Origin: Callorhinchus milii
Lineage: Eukaryota
Assembly: GCF_018977255.1 (NCBI RefSeq)
Contig: NW_024704743.1
Coordinates: 76,944,001 to 77,008,000 of the forward strand
Length of the DNA: 64,000 nucleotides
Direction of reading: 5' to 3'
Shown here: piece after piece, positions 34,336 through 47,772 of the stretch
How positions within the stretch are numbered: the first letter of the stretch is position 1
How the letters are laid out: the number at the start of each line of letters is the position of its first letter
The notes under the pieces: generated by a model
Told to the model about the DNA's origin: nothing
The model's database searches: none
What the model saw: the letters and a program-made list of their open reading frames with translations, nothing else
Position numbers and translations under genes: made by a program

Positions 34336-36889
34336 GGTTTGTTTCATTGTTGGAGGTGCCTTCCTTCGGATGAGATGTTAACCTGAGGTTCTGTCTGACT
34401 GTTCAAGTGGAAGTTAAAGATGCCCTGGCACTCTTTGAAAAGAGAAGGAAGTTTCTTGCAATGTCCTGGCCAACAATCCCCCCAAATAAAATTGGTCATT
34501 CATTTCATGGCTATTTGTGAGACACAGCTGTGTGCAAACTGGCTGCTGCATTTCACTCACAAAATACAGTCAAAACTATTTGACTGTATTTCCTATGAAG
34601 TGCTTTGAGACGTCTCAATGACATGCAAGGTACTATATCAAATGCAGGGATTATTATTATATTCTAGATTAGATAACCAAGACACTACCTGGTGTGAAGA
34701 CTAATAAATAAATTGTTGTTATTGTTGTAGATACATTTTCAGAAATAGGCATTGGTAATAGATCTGATCCTAACACTCACATGCAATGGTAATCTCTAAA
34801 CTGCAAGTTTATGTATTGAAAAAAGTTGACGTTTTCCAGACACAAACCAGAAGGGAATGGTTTAACTATGAGGAAATGACAAACATTTCAGAAATATGTT
34901 AAAAAATGGTTGACATATTTGTGGCCAGTGACAGTTTACACCATTTAATAAGAGTCAACTGTGCCAGGCTTTATATGAAATGTCTTGTAAAAGGTAGAAC
35001 ACAAATATTCGGCCTTAAACCATAATTCTTGTCGAGTTTGTCAGTGTCCTTGTTAGAAGTAATTTATTTACTAACAAAAACAAAATTATATCTGTAAAGT
35101 GCCTTTTAAGTTGGGAGGACATCCCAAGGCATTGAACAGTTGGGGATCAGGACCCGTGCGTGGTGGGGTAGGGTTGGGATGAGGGGGGGCAGAGGGGTAG
35201 GAGGGCAGTTAAAGGCACAGTCAAAAAGGAGGGCCTTGAGTTGTGCCTTGAAGGACGACTCAACAATCGTGCCTTAACAGACATAGAGCTGTTTCAAACT
35301 CATATTTGGGATGGAATAATTTTTTTCTGTTCAGTTGTGTGTCTGACGTACAAAAACTCATCGCTAAACTTAAAAGTATTCAAACCAGACTCAGATTTCC
35401 ACATGTGCATTGAAATGTTCCTTTGAGAATGGAGTGTGCATTCTCTCCCTGGAGGGATGTACCCTGCTTATAGGAGCTATTTCACAATGTATGCATTAAA
35501 TATGATGGTCAAATCAATTTTAAAAAGGGGCTTTGCTGCAGGACATTAATAAGGAATAAGACAGTAATACAGTAGTACACAGGTGAGAGGTAATTCTAAA
35601 TGTGAGTTTACTTTATGTACGGTAAGAAAATAAAGTTTGGTGTAGGAGGCAATATAATATAATGCAAAATAGACTACATAATGTTTTTTGTGTCCTTGCA
35701 TCAAAAGCTCGCTTCAATTAGTCTATTACTGAGAATAAGATCCAGAATTTTTTCATTACGTTGTTTGTGCTGCTAATTTTATCCACAGAACAGCATCTCC
35801 AATATTCCAGCACACCAAGCACTGCATGGGAATGTCAGAGTGAACCCACAATCTTCTGACTCAGAGGCAAGAGTGCTACCAACTGAGCCAGGCTGACATA
35901 CAAAGATCACCCTTGAACCCACGGTTCGCGAGTCAATCTGCTGTTCTGTGTACATCGCAGAAGCTGAAAAAACTCCCAAAAGGTGGAGAATTTAGAGTTT
36001 GTTTCAGAAAAACATTTTTTTCTAACCAATTCTTGACAAAAAATACAGGTTTATTGTATGGTGAAAATTGATCACAACGGCACTTAAAAGTTCCTTGAAA
36101 AAAAAGAGGCTGGGAATTCATTTTTGTGATATGAGGATGGATAAATATTGTGGGGTGTTTGCTTATTTAAAATATCTGAGAGAGGTTTACAGGCAGACTG
36201 CTGGGTACCAAACCCACTTCTATATTGGATTTATTGGACACAGGGAGGAATTGATCTGAAAATTCAAATAATGGCAGATTGGCGTAATGAAATAAGATCT
36301 GGCCTGATAATTCATGAAGATGGTGTTTCTGATTGACTGGGAGCAATCAACATTAAATGCTAGTCAGAAAATGCAGTAATAAGGCCAAACATTAATCATT
36401 AATCATTTTGCCCACAAAATATATATTCAATTCACTTTACAGTATATTCTGTTAAGTGGTTTGAAACGTATAAAAGATGTGATAAGGTGCTATATCAAAT
36501 GCAAGGATCATTAACCACTTCACATCCAAACATTGCCCCTTTGTATCATTAACTTCAACTTCTAATTTATGGAGACACTTTTGGCAGTAATTTCCAAATG
36601 CATAGTCCATATTACTTTTTGTATGATGCTTGAGTCACAATGTATTTTGTTTAGATTAAACGTCTGAGTGAATGATTAAATGACCTGTGGTATAGAGTAT
36701 TCAGGTTTGCAGAGTAGTAGTACAAAGGTTTTCAAATGGGTTATTTATATGTTGTGTTTGGGGTAATCCTAGAACTTCAAGGCAAACTAATGTTTTATCA
36801 GCATTTAATTTAATTCTCTCTAGGTTAATTTGTAAACTAAAATGCAACATAAGTATGACCTGCAAAGTGTAGGAATGTCACATATTATT

Positions 36890-37290
36890 CACTCTAACCT
36901 CTGAGTCAGAAGATTGTGGGTTCAAATTCCACATCAGGACTTTGAACCCACGGTTTAGACTGACTATGCAGTGATGGGGGTGTGCTATATTGTTGGAGGT
37001 GCCATCTTTCAGATGAGATATTAAGCCAAGGCCCCATCTGACTGTCCAGGGTGATGTAAAAGATCACATGTCATTATTTGGAAAGAGAAGGGAGTTTCTC
37101 CCTGTGCCCTCGCCAACAATTCCCCAGATAAAATTGATCCCTCACTTCATAGCTGTTTGTGGGACATTGCTCTGCTGAATTTGCCTCGGCATTTGCCTAC
37201 AAGTATACACACATTACACTTCAAATTAAAATCTGGTGAAGCGCCTTGAGATGAGGTGATAAGGTGCTATATCCAATGAAAGGATTATTA
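36890..37290 (+). mobile_element. SINE family B, nearly full length
   Basis: CTCTGAGTCAGAAGATTGTGGGTTCAAATTCC...GGAGGTGCCATCTTTCAGATGAG...TGTTTGTGGGACATTGC...GGATTATTA. Confidence 0.85.
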
Positions 37291-37489
37291 CATATATAGG
37301 ATTTTGAGAGGAGATGGCTAAATTGATGTATAACATGCCGGACACACTACGTTTGAAATTAGGTTTACAATATAATTTAAATTTATGTAGCACTTTTCAC
37401 ATCGGGCAGCTGATTCATAATGCCACACAGCTTTCACAGCTGGCTGGGCATCCAAAAGTTTTAGGTTAAAATGTTCAAAATGGACTTAC

Positions 37490-37548
37490 CCTTTGTTAAG
37501 TGAAGAAGACATCATCAAATTAATGTCATCTGATCCGCTTAGTATGCC
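37490..37548 (-). other. Candidate 59-nt spliced exon of an unidentified transcript
   Basis: Minus strand TTTCTGTAG|GGCATA...CAAAGG|GTAAGT; one open frame, GILSGSDDINLMMSSSLNK; no homology recognised. Confidence 0.3.
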
Positions 37549-38624
37549 CTACAGAAATATTATTTAATTTCGTTTTAACATACATTTTCTATTCAAGACA
37601 AATCCGAGACTCTAAGGCTTAAACAAACATGATTAAAATTATTTCAAAGGAAGGTCTGCAGTGAAACAGCTTGAAAAGAACTCCATATTCTCAAGGTATC
37701 TGTTATCTTAACATTACGTCCATTAGTATCCTAAAGAAGCCAATTCAATTTGCAATCTTCAAGGTTTTACAGTAGTTCCTGACATTCATCATGCGGCCCT
37801 TGACACGGGCAAGGCTGCTGTCTGAGCAATGCAGGAAACACACTTTCAGTGTCCCATGCTTTGTTTTCTTGGCAGATAATGTAAAAGGGATCTGAGGGAG
37901 TCTAAAGCACAGTGGCGACAAAGATTTTCACATATCTGGCAGTAATCAGCAAGCCATTGCCTCATCATGTGATAAAGATATCAATGAGTCAGTTTACCCA
38001 CTCATGTGTAAAAACTAGGTTTGAGGCCTGGACAACTCTTGGTCACCCGATCAGCAGGAAATACTTTGAAAGACATATGGGCTAATCTGTTTTTTTTAAA
38101 AAAACGTATTAACTTCTGCTTCCATCTGACTGTAAACCTGAAGGGAGTATACACAAATAACTTACACCTTGACATATAAATCCCAGTGTTTTTGTTGGCT
38201 TAGAAATGTAGTACTGTGATGTCTTAAGAGTGTGACACAAGGTGGGTCGAAGGTTCTCTAGTTCAAATGAACAACTCATTAACATACATTAGTGTAGGAA
38301 TCATTCTTGCTGTCACCTGCTCCTATGTAAAATGATTGGTTAGAGGGAGCCAGTTTACAAACACTTCAAAATGACTTGTATGCTGCTATTAATACAGAGA
38401 TTTCACACCCCCAACAAAAAAACTGATTTATTACAAACAAAATACATTTATTTTATTCTTGTGTGATTACTTTGTCATCTATCTTATGCAAAAACTGGAA
38501 AAGTGTTCCTTTCCCAGGCATTACTGTGTTCCGTTCATAGTCATTTCTGGGTTCGGGTGCCCAGCCAGCAGTCTAAAGTGCTTTGATATGAATCCTTTTG
38601 ATATGAAAGGTAAATTTACTCCAT

Positions 38625-38832
38625 CCCACAGTTCCTCCGCCTCACCCCCTCCCTTGCTTCCTTCAAGACCCATCTCAAGACCCTCCTCTTCAACGTGCCT
38701 TCAATTACCCTCCTTCCCCTCACTGCCCTCTACCCTCCTTGATCCTGAGCTCCAGCTCAGGTCCGAAACACTGAATGTCCAGCACCTCCCAACATGAAAG
38801 GTGCTATACAAATGTAATATTGTTGTTGTTGT
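38625..38832 (+). mobile_element. L2 3' fragment
   Basis: CCTTCAAGACCCATCTCAAGACCCTCCTCTTC...GAAAGGTGCTATACAAATG and (TTG)n. Confidence 0.75.
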
Positions 38833-39984
38833 AAATTGAATTACTGTGCCTAGAGTTGATGAGTTCAAATATTTGACGAAATACAAGTTATTTTTTAATA
38901 CGCTTTTCAGTTTTGAGATAACAAATATTGCTGTAGAATTAAGATGTTCAGTGACAAGTGAAACACATTAATAATATTCAGGGGAGTTGGATTGTCTCCC
39001 CAGACATGCAAAGACTTTCTGTGTTATGCAGATAGCATGGAATGCAACTGGCTACTCTGTTTATTGGTTACTGGAATGCAACTGGTTACTAGGTTTGTTG
39101 AAACATTTAATTATTGGATGTCTGCCTACATATCACAGTTACTACACTTTACAGTAAAATCCTATGAAGCTCTTTGACGTATCCTTCCAACATGACAGAC
39201 TCCATATATAATATATAAATGACATAATATATATCCATATACAAACGTCTTCTCAAGAACTACCTGTTTGACCACACTTTCGGTCATCTTTTCCTTCCCC
39301 ACCCTTGGCTCCTACCCCAACTCGGGTGCCAAGCCAGGATTATTAATACCTTGGGACGTCTTCCCGTTCTTAAAGGCGCTATAAAATGTAAATTTGTATT
39401 TTATTGTATATCAAATGCAAGGATTATTACAGGACTAAGTTGAGTGAATAATACTCATATAATATCTGCCCCTCCTACTTGTAAAATATTTTTAATTTAT
39501 ACAGGGAAGAAATAAATCATCTCTGTTTTTATAGCATTTATAAAGTCAGCATTTCTCACAGTGATTACTGCCTTTTGTGATGATTGTTTTGTAGGCAAAT
39601 GTGGCAGCCATATTATACCAAGCAAAATCCTATAAAACAACCAATGAGGTGAATAACCAATCTTTTGGAGAATTGTTAGTCAGGACATGAGAAACTGTTT
39701 TCAAAGAGTTCCACGAGATTTTTAATCCAACTGCTTTGGCAATGGGCCAACGTAATTCATCAAATGTAATGCAATTTATAGAATATGACAGATTTGTAGA
39801 ATATGACAACTTATCAAAATGGACACTTGCCCCATATAATGTATCTGGATTCATACATCTGAATGCATTGTACTACAACTAGTAATATAAAGAGGAAAAC
39901 TGAGACTTAGTGGTGATCTCATGCTTCAGAGTATATCCATAAGGTTTGCAACAATTTTACCAGGATGTTTATGCCATTTCAATA

Positions 39985-40205
39985 CTGAAATTAAACATGA
40001 CTGTTTTGTCTTAAAAATCAAGATCATGCAGAGTTGTGGTAAATTCTTAAATTTATTCTTGATTTGGAAGCCCATTTCTTTTTAAGAGGTGAGACATCCA
40101 ACTTCCAAATTAAGAACTGAACTTGGGAATTTTCCACAGTTCTGTCCAGTTTTAAATTTGAAGACAAGATAGCCTTATAATGTAAGAATAAGTGGAATTT
40201 GGGGC
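39985..40205. mobile_element. Family E foldback element
   Basis: TTCTTGATTTGGAAG pairs with CTTCCAAATTAAGAA; TTGTCTT pairs with AAGACAA; ends GTGGAATTTGGGG. Confidence 0.65.
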
Positions 40206-40440
40206 CTTGCATACCTTACATCTACAAGAAAGAAGCTGTCCTATTAATTGGAAATGGAAGTTACTGTCAAACAGGATAATGTTTATCACTCAGCTACAGT
40301 TTATTATTTGTCTACAAAATACACAGTAACTACATTGTACAGTCAATCCTCTGAAGCTCTTTGAGATATCTTCCTGACGTGAAAGACTCTGTATGAAATG
40401 TAAAGATTTTTTATTGGTAATCGGCACGAGAAACTACTGA

Positions 40441-41150
40441 GGAGAAATTCCACCTGGATCTACATTAATCTTTGTAGCATTTCAGAGCATTGAAAACAAT
40501 ACAATTGGTCATTTGCTTCTTGGTTGTACAGTCCCTGCACTTATGGAGTTCTGTAGCTCAGTGGTTAGAGCACTCACCCCGCAAGCAAGAGAACCTGGGT
40601 TCGATTCCTGGCAGGGCGAAATCTTACACAAGTTTCCTTACTTCACATGCGTCTGTTTAACCTAGCAATAAGTAGGAACCCGGTTGTTAGGCGATTGACG
40701 GATCAGTTTTCCAGAGATAATTATCCCTTTAAAAAAAAAGAATAATAATTATAATAATTTGGTCACTCAATCCACGACTGTTTGTCGGACGCTGCTGTGT
40801 GCAATTGGCTACTGCATTTCACCTACAAAATATACATTCAATTCACTTTACAGCATATTCTGTGAAGCGCTTTGAGTCGTCTCGAAGATGTGATAAGGCA
40901 CTACATCAAATGCAAGGATTATTATTATTATATTCTGTGAAGTCTTTGAGACACCTTCTCGATATAAAATGAGCCTACATGAAATGAAAATTGTTGAATT
41001 CAGCCTTAATTTTGCAGCCAATTTTCAAGATTTTTAACAGAATTATAAAGCTATGGAAAACCAGCTTCAAATTTAGGACTGTATGTATGAATTTGACAAA
41101 TTCTGGATGCTCAAAAATGTTACATAAATCGAGTAAATGTAGAATTCTGC
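40441..41150. mobile_element. Family E foldback element split by insertions, including a SINE A
   Basis: Left arm GGAGAAATTCCACCTGGATCTAC (40441-40500); remainder at 40985-41150 ending GAGTAAATGTAGA. Confidence 0.6.
40544..40932 (+). mobile_element. SINE family A, long variant
   Basis: Boxes A and B, long-variant segment, core and ATT tail. Confidence 0.92.
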
Positions 41151-42044
41151 AAATTATTTTAGTATTTAAAGGATTAAATCGTTTGCAAGTCTTACAGAAT
41201 AAAATAAAGATGCATTTCAAAACGTACATCACATACTATTGGCCTGTTTCAACCCTATCTTTACCCAGTGTAACACAATTGTATATATTGAAATAAATGT
41301 AGCAAGAGATACAGCAGAAATCATTTCATAGGTAACCAGTCACTTCCCAAGCTGTTTTGCCACTGTTTGTTCCTGTCATATGGGAGGACATAATCAGTTT
41401 TTACTCTTTGATGAAATATTGCTTCCTCTGCTGATTGTATTTCATTTCCTATCTACTAATTAGCTCTTCCACATGAATACGCCAATCTGCACAGCTCCCA
41501 GTCATATGATGGGCTCATGCCACTCAGCATGGGCAGACTTTGAATCACAAGACAAGAATGCTAGAAGTTCCCTCATCTGAAAAAAATGGGTTCTGTTAAC
41601 TCTTACACATAGAAACATTCTGTGAACAGAGGGCATTTCATGTATATTAAGGAATACTGTTAAGTCACAAAAAAAAGTTTCTTTTGCTCAACACATTTTT
41701 ATGATTGTATTTTAGACTTGATTTACCTTCAGTTATTCTGTGCAAAGCCACAAATGATAATCAGTAGAGATCACACAATTTAAGTGTACAGTATTCCTGT
41801 TAGGTGCAGTACTGAATAGTGTTTAAGCAATATACACAGTGCTATTTTCGCGTTACTCTTTCACTATTAACCATATTAGGTCATACAACAGTACCAAATA
41901 ATGACTGATTTAAGTATGTGATAGTTAAATGAGACTCATTCATTATTTTGCATGATTGGATAAGTCAGTTTATACTAATAAGTAGAATAAGTTTATTTGC
42001 CCTTCATTTACTTCCTCTTTTCCTGAAAGCAGTAAAGTCCTCCA

Positions 42045-42235
42045 TACAGTTTTAGCTGGTTAGACTCCAGCAGTACTTCAATGCACACTCTGGAGTTCCC
42101 AAGTCTTGGCTCTTGCCAACCAGCACCTAATACTCTCCAAAGTTAGGTAAGCAGATGTGCCCTCCAGGGCATTCCATTCCAATACACGTGGATTTCCATA
42201 TGATGCATGGAACTCACAGTTTGGTTTGGTTTCAG
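42045..42235 (+). mobile_element. Family D 3'-terminal fragment
   Basis: GTTTTAGCTGGTTAGACTCCAGCAGT...AATGCACACTCTGG matches 4146-4350; ends TTTGGTTTGGTTT. Confidence 0.75.
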
Positions 42236-42279
42236 AGTAGAATTCCTGCAGGAATTTTTAGGCAGTAACTGGGAGGACA

Positions 42280-42545
42280 ACTACAACAACAAGATTCCAT
42301 TTATAAAGCGCCTTTCACGTCAGGAGGACGTCCCAAGGCGCTGCACAGTTGGGTCATGACCCGAGCAGGGGGGAAATGGTCAGGGTGAGGGGAGGGAGGG
42401 AGCGAGGAGGGGGGAAATGGTCAGGGTGAGGGGAGGGAAGGGAGGGAGCAAGGAGGGGGGAAATGGTCAGGGTGAGGGGAGGGAGGGAGCGAGGAGGGGG
42501 AAGAGAGTCGAGAGGGGAGCTGAAGGCACGGTCAAAGAGAACAAA
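42280..42545 (-). mobile_element. Young L2 3' end with 3 repeat units
   Basis: Near-identical to ~19985-20205; TSD GAGGACA (42273-42279, 42546-42552). Confidence 0.95.
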
Positions 42546-42559
42546 GAGGACATTACTAT

Positions 42560-42845
42560 TAATATCATAATAATCCTTGAATTTGATAAGGCATCTTATC
42601 ATTGTCATCGAAACATCTCAAGGTGCTTCACAGATTTTTCTGTAAAATATAGTGACTGTATATTTGTAAATGAACCTAGCTATCAATTTGTGAACAGCAA
42701 TGTCCCACAAACAACCATGAAGCCAAAGACTATTTTTAATCTAGGGATTCTTAGCCAGGACATCAGAAAAAACTCCCTTCACCTTTTGATTCGTGACATG
42801 GGATTTTTAATACCTGAACAGGCAGGCAGTAGCTTGGTTTAACAA
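42560..42845 (-). mobile_element. SINE family B, 3' part
   Basis: TAATAATCCTTG tail and CAGCAATGTCCCACAAAC core (reverse complement). Confidence 0.75.
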
Positions 42846-43882
42846 TGCTGACCACATTTATGCTTTTTAGAAGCCACTATTTGATTAGTGTAATTATGAA
42901 TCTTCATTTTCTCAGTAAACTGAGTTTTGTGTGTCAAGGTGTGTCTCTGCAGCACAAGTCTTGGGCGAAGAGACAAACTACAATAGAAATCAGCACTCCA
43001 CCTCATATTGCTGAACACTTAAGGGGTGAATTGAGGGGCAGAATCTGCCTGGCTTAAGAAGAATGAACCTTGGACTCATTTATGTTCTTCTCTATGTTGG
43101 AATGTGCCGGTCATTTGTGCCAGAACCTTAAGCTGTTTTGTATTACACTACTAGACTAGTGTCACAGACATGATGGGCCGAATGGCCTCCTTCTGTTCTG
43201 TATAATTGTATGATTCTAGTGTTTAAATACAAAACATGTCATTAGTAAGAGTTAATATTTCTGGATTTTAAAAAAAATGCTTAAATTGTAAGGATATCAG
43301 TTAATTGAAAATTCTTTCAAGGCTCTTAGCTCTTTACAAGGCTTAAACTATGTTAATATGATGTGAGCAATTAATGCATGTTGTCATTGATTAGAAATAT
43401 TGTGAAACAATCCGTAAATAATATGTCGAGATATATGTCGAGATATATATCGAGACATCTCAAAGTGCTTCCCAAGATATACTATAAAGTGCAGTGACAT
43501 GTGGTATGTTATGTGATAACTATCACCCAGGCAGTAAATATGGTCAAAGTGAGCTCTTAAATGACAAGTGTGCATGTGCAGTAAACACCCCGTTTCCCTT
43601 CCTTGACTTGGGGAGAATGGTTTGTCCCAACCTGCTGAGGGTTTAATATTGGTGACTTGTTTTTAAGATAGTATCCGATGAAGCAGTGTTGAGCCATTGC
43701 TCCTTCAGCTGGTAATCATGGAGGGTCACATTCTACAACCATTGAATAAAGAAAGGAATTTTCAATGGGTTGGGGAGAAATTATTCTTCTGAATTTTGTG
43801 GAGGAGGGTGTTCGTTTCCATATCTGTTGTTCAGGATGAGTTTTAAAAGCACATTTCTTTGCCAGATTTTTCCCTTCTTTAT

Positions 43883-44469
43883 TTTAGTTAAGACCCTGGA
43901 TAAACTGTTAATGCATCTCTGTTCCTGCACATTACAGGTTGTTTAGACAATTCTGGAGTCAGAAAGGGCACATCTGCTATAACCTTCTTGATAGTGAAAG
44001 GGCACATCTGCTATAACCTGTTGCTGTGAGACAGAGGATCTGTGTTGTCATCTGCCTACTGGCATTGAAAAGCTTCTCTTAATACCACAGTGCAGACAAC
44101 AGATGTAGTGTAGGGATAGATGCAGCAGATAGTTCCATCTGACATTGAAATTTAAGAAAGTGATCAGAATCAGGAGTTCAGTCAGCGAGCTGAATGTAAT
44201 CCTACTCCACTTGAGCTCATTTCATGCCCTCGTATCTCTTCTGTCAAATGGTTATGGATTCAAGCCCCATTTTGGGACATGGGCTTGTACATTAGACAGT
44301 CACTAGCGCATTGGGACGTGCTCCCGACGTGAAAGGCGTTGTTGTTGTTGTTGTCACACCAAATCAGTACTTAGGAAGCGCTACATTGTTGGAGGTGCAT
44401 CATTCTTCAAATCAGATGTTAGATCAAGGTCCCATCTGCTTGTTCAGGTGGACTTTAAGGATCCCATGA
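43883..44469 (+). repeat. Duplicated segment, copy 2
   Basis: Direct repeat of 26904-27410, with an extra internal duplication (GAAAGGGCACATCTGCTATAACCT twice) and a 49-bp L2-type tail insertion. Confidence 0.92.
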
Positions 44470-45179
44470 GCCTAGTTTTCAGTAAATAGGAAGCCGATAT
44501 TTGGTGAAGCATTATTGAGGGAGTTTCTCCCGGTGTCCCAGCCAACAGTCCCCAAAATAAAATTGGTCCCTCGATATTGTTGTGCATTTGCCTACAGAAT
44601 ATACAAAGCTACATTACAGTGTATCCTGTGAAGCACTTTGAGAAATCTCAGTGATGTGATCAGGTAATATATCAAGTGCAAGGATTATTAGTATTATAAA
44701 TGCTATCCCATTTATAATAATAATTGTTGCATTTGAAATGCATTCTTGAAATGTTACTCCTATGGCTAGGAATAATGGCGTAACTTCTCCTCATTTGCTC
44801 TAAAATAATGTTGCTCAGATTGAACCTTGAGCATCTCTGAACAAAAACATTCGCCTGAAATTGATGGTTCAGTTCCAAAACTGTTGTTAAGAGCTGGTTC
44901 TAAGGGCACATTTTAATCTCAATCTCTATTTATGTCACAATTATTAATGAGGAAAATTGTCACACACCACATTTTCTATCCCAATAAAACATTTTTAGTC
45001 TGACTTTCATCCATTAACCATACAAATACAAAGAATTCTACAGTTATCTGGGAATTATTACTCATATGGTATAAATAGAAACATCCAACACAATAAAACC
45101 TATGATCTAGTTTAAGTATATAAACTGGTATAAGTTTCAGATACTTAACAATAAAAAAACTACTATTATCAATAAACAT

Positions 45180-45632
45180 TTGATGTAGCACCTTTCACGT
45201 CAAGAGAACGTCTTAAAGTGCTTCATAGTATTTATTCTATTTTTGTTGGTGAACGAAGCAGCCAATTTGCTCACAGCAATGTCCCACAAATAACCATGAA
45301 GGGGATGATCAATTTTATTTGGGGATTGTTGGTAGCAGCATATTTTGGAGAGTTTTATAGGCTGGTTCCCTCTTACCACACAATCGTAGGAGCAGGTGAC
45401 AGCAAGAATGGGGAGAAATTCCCTTCTCTTTTTAAATAGTCCTATGTGGTGTTTAATATCTACCTGAACAGTCTTAAATACCTTGGTTTAATATCTCATC
45501 TGAAAGACATTTCCAATAATGTAGTGCACCCCCAGCACTGTATTCAAGTGTCAGAGTTGGCTGTGAGTTCACAACCTGATGTGGAGCTTGAACCCACAAC
45601 TCTCTTAACTCAGAGACGAGAGTGGTACCAAC
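45180..45632 (-). mobile_element. SINE family B
   Basis: Reverse-complement head TTGGTACCACTCTCGTCTCTGAG...GTGGGTTCAAGCTCC, core and tail. Confidence 0.75.
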
Positions 45633-46159
45633 AGATAATATTGGTCATTCACTTCATGATTTTTTTCATCCCTAATAATCCAAATTAATTAGCTGGTTAT
45701 AAATGACCAAGGTCAACCACAAAACTCAGATTGACATTTTGGATGTAGCCTTGAATCTTCATTTTAAAATAAATACAAAACAAAAATGATTTAGTCCCAG
45801 GGCCTATAAGCTATGATAAATACCAAAGTGTGGGATGTTTAACTACAAAATTTGATCGAGGAAGATCCTACAAATAACAGTTATTGAATATATTCCTCGC
45901 AGAAAATTATTCCAAACTGTTGAGCAGTAAGTCATTTTTATGTTTAAGGAATCTCTGTGTGCTCCTCTTTACATCAGAACTAGTTATTGGGCACCAGCAT
46001 TTCCAAGTGCCAAGTGTGACTTATGTAATTTATGCCTGTGTTGACAGAACATTGCATCAGCAGATGCAATAGCCAATATTTCACACTTTGAAACAGTAAG
46101 TGAGCTATGTGACCTTCACGACGTTTAAAGCACCTGAGAGTACTTCTCACAAGGCATCA

Positions 46160-46700
46160 CATAAGAGGTTAGGATGAAGAAGGCCCTTCGTTCAGTTGTT
46201 TTCACCTTTTCAGAATACCCACCCACTTTAGCTCCCACCTCGGGTGCCAAGCTACGACTGTTAAGTGCCTTGAACGTCCACTCGACATGAAAATTGCTAA
46301 ATAAATATAAATTTCTATTGTATTGTACTCAATCTACATTCTTCCCATTACATCAAGATTTTTCAAAAATGAGTCAAGTGTCCTGGCCTCTACCACTCCT
46401 CCTAGTAACCTGTTTCAGATGTTGATCACCCTCTGTGTAAAGAAGTATTTCCTAGTACCCTAGACTTGTCCTCCACATCCTGGACCTGAGCCCTCCTTTC
46501 CTTCTGTGTTGGCATATCTGGAAATATTGATCCGTATGTACTTCATTGAAAGTCCTTCTAAAGCAAAGAGCCCTTCTTATCTAGTTCCTCATAGCTTAAC
46601 CCTCTAATGCTGGGAGTGAGCCTCATTGCACTCATCTCTACTGGCTCTTGAACCTGAACAGAACCCTTAGGTCATGGTGACCAGAGCTGTAACTTTTGTA
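46160..46700 (-). mobile_element. Old CR1 3' region with a nested L2 tail (~46225-46330, +)
   Basis: Reverse complement encodes KYFFTQRVINI-like text; similar to 51965-52210. Confidence 0.6.
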
Positions 46701-47354
46701 TCTTTACAAATACTGATAAGTAGGTCAAAATCTATTTCAAGGAAAAATGGCTATATATCTTGTGGTTGTTCGCAGGATGTTGGTGGTGCAAATCAGCTGC
46801 TTCATAACAACATTCCTTCAATTTCTAATTCATCATATTTTCTAAAATACATTGAGACATTTCTGTTACCTGAAAGACGCCTAATTAATGCAAGTTATTG
46901 TTGGTATTGCTCCTTCAGAAAGTAAAGTGGCAATGTTACTGCCACCTGGTTACTAGAAAAATGTATTCTGCACACCATGTCAATTCACAAGGCTCTCAAT
47001 AGACCCTGGATAGGGGCAGCTCTTTATCTTATTTCATGAGAATGTTAAAACCAATTGCAGTAAATATTTTTTTACGACTGCTTGAGTGAGAGATTCTCCT
47101 CACACAGTGAGAACAGAATTTATTAATAATCCTTGCATTTGACACAGTGCCTTTTTGAAACATCTCAAAGAGCTTCACAGGATTTTACTGTAAAGTGGAG
47201 TGATTGTATATGTGTAATTGCACACAACAATGTACCACAAACAGCCATAAAGTGAATGGCCTATTTAATCAATGCGTAAAAAACATACAATTGTGCAAAA
47301 ACTAATTTTGATTTGACAAAACACTGACAAATCCTGATAGTAAAAAAACAAAGC

Positions 47355-47772
47355 TAATAATAATCCTTGCATTTGATTTGGCAACTTATCACATTGTCAA
47401 GATGTCTCAAAAGGTTTCATAAGATTTTAGTGAAGTGACTGTGTATTTATAGATGAATGCGGGAGTCAATTTGCGCACAGCAATGTTCCATAAACAGTCA
47501 TGGTGTGAGTGATCAATTTTATCTGGGGGATTGTTGGTCAGGAAACAAAGAGAATATCCCTTCCCTTTTTGATTAATGCTGAATAAGCAGATGAAATCTC
47601 AGATTAACATCTCATCTGAAGGATGGCACCTCCAACAATGTGCATACCCCCAGCATTGTAATGGAGTGTTAGCCTAGAATGAATTCAATGTCCTGACATG
47701 TGGCTTGAACTCACAAGCTTGAACTCTTCTGACTCGGGGCAAGCGTGCTGCCAACTGAGCCAGACTAACACC
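47355..47772 (-). mobile_element. SINE family B, full length
   Basis: Head GGTGTTAGTCTGGCTCAGTTGGCAGCAC through body, core and ATT tail on the minus strand. Confidence 0.85.

Noticed and set aside
42241..42256. 16-bp perfect palindrome AATTCCTGCAGGAATT
   Set aside because: Isolated between TE fragments; one palindrome of this size is roughly expected by chance in a window this long.
43421..43461. Three ~12-bp tandem units (ATATGTCGAGAT)
   Set aside because: Local slippage within a decayed SINE tail; there are no spacers, so it is not CRISPR-like.
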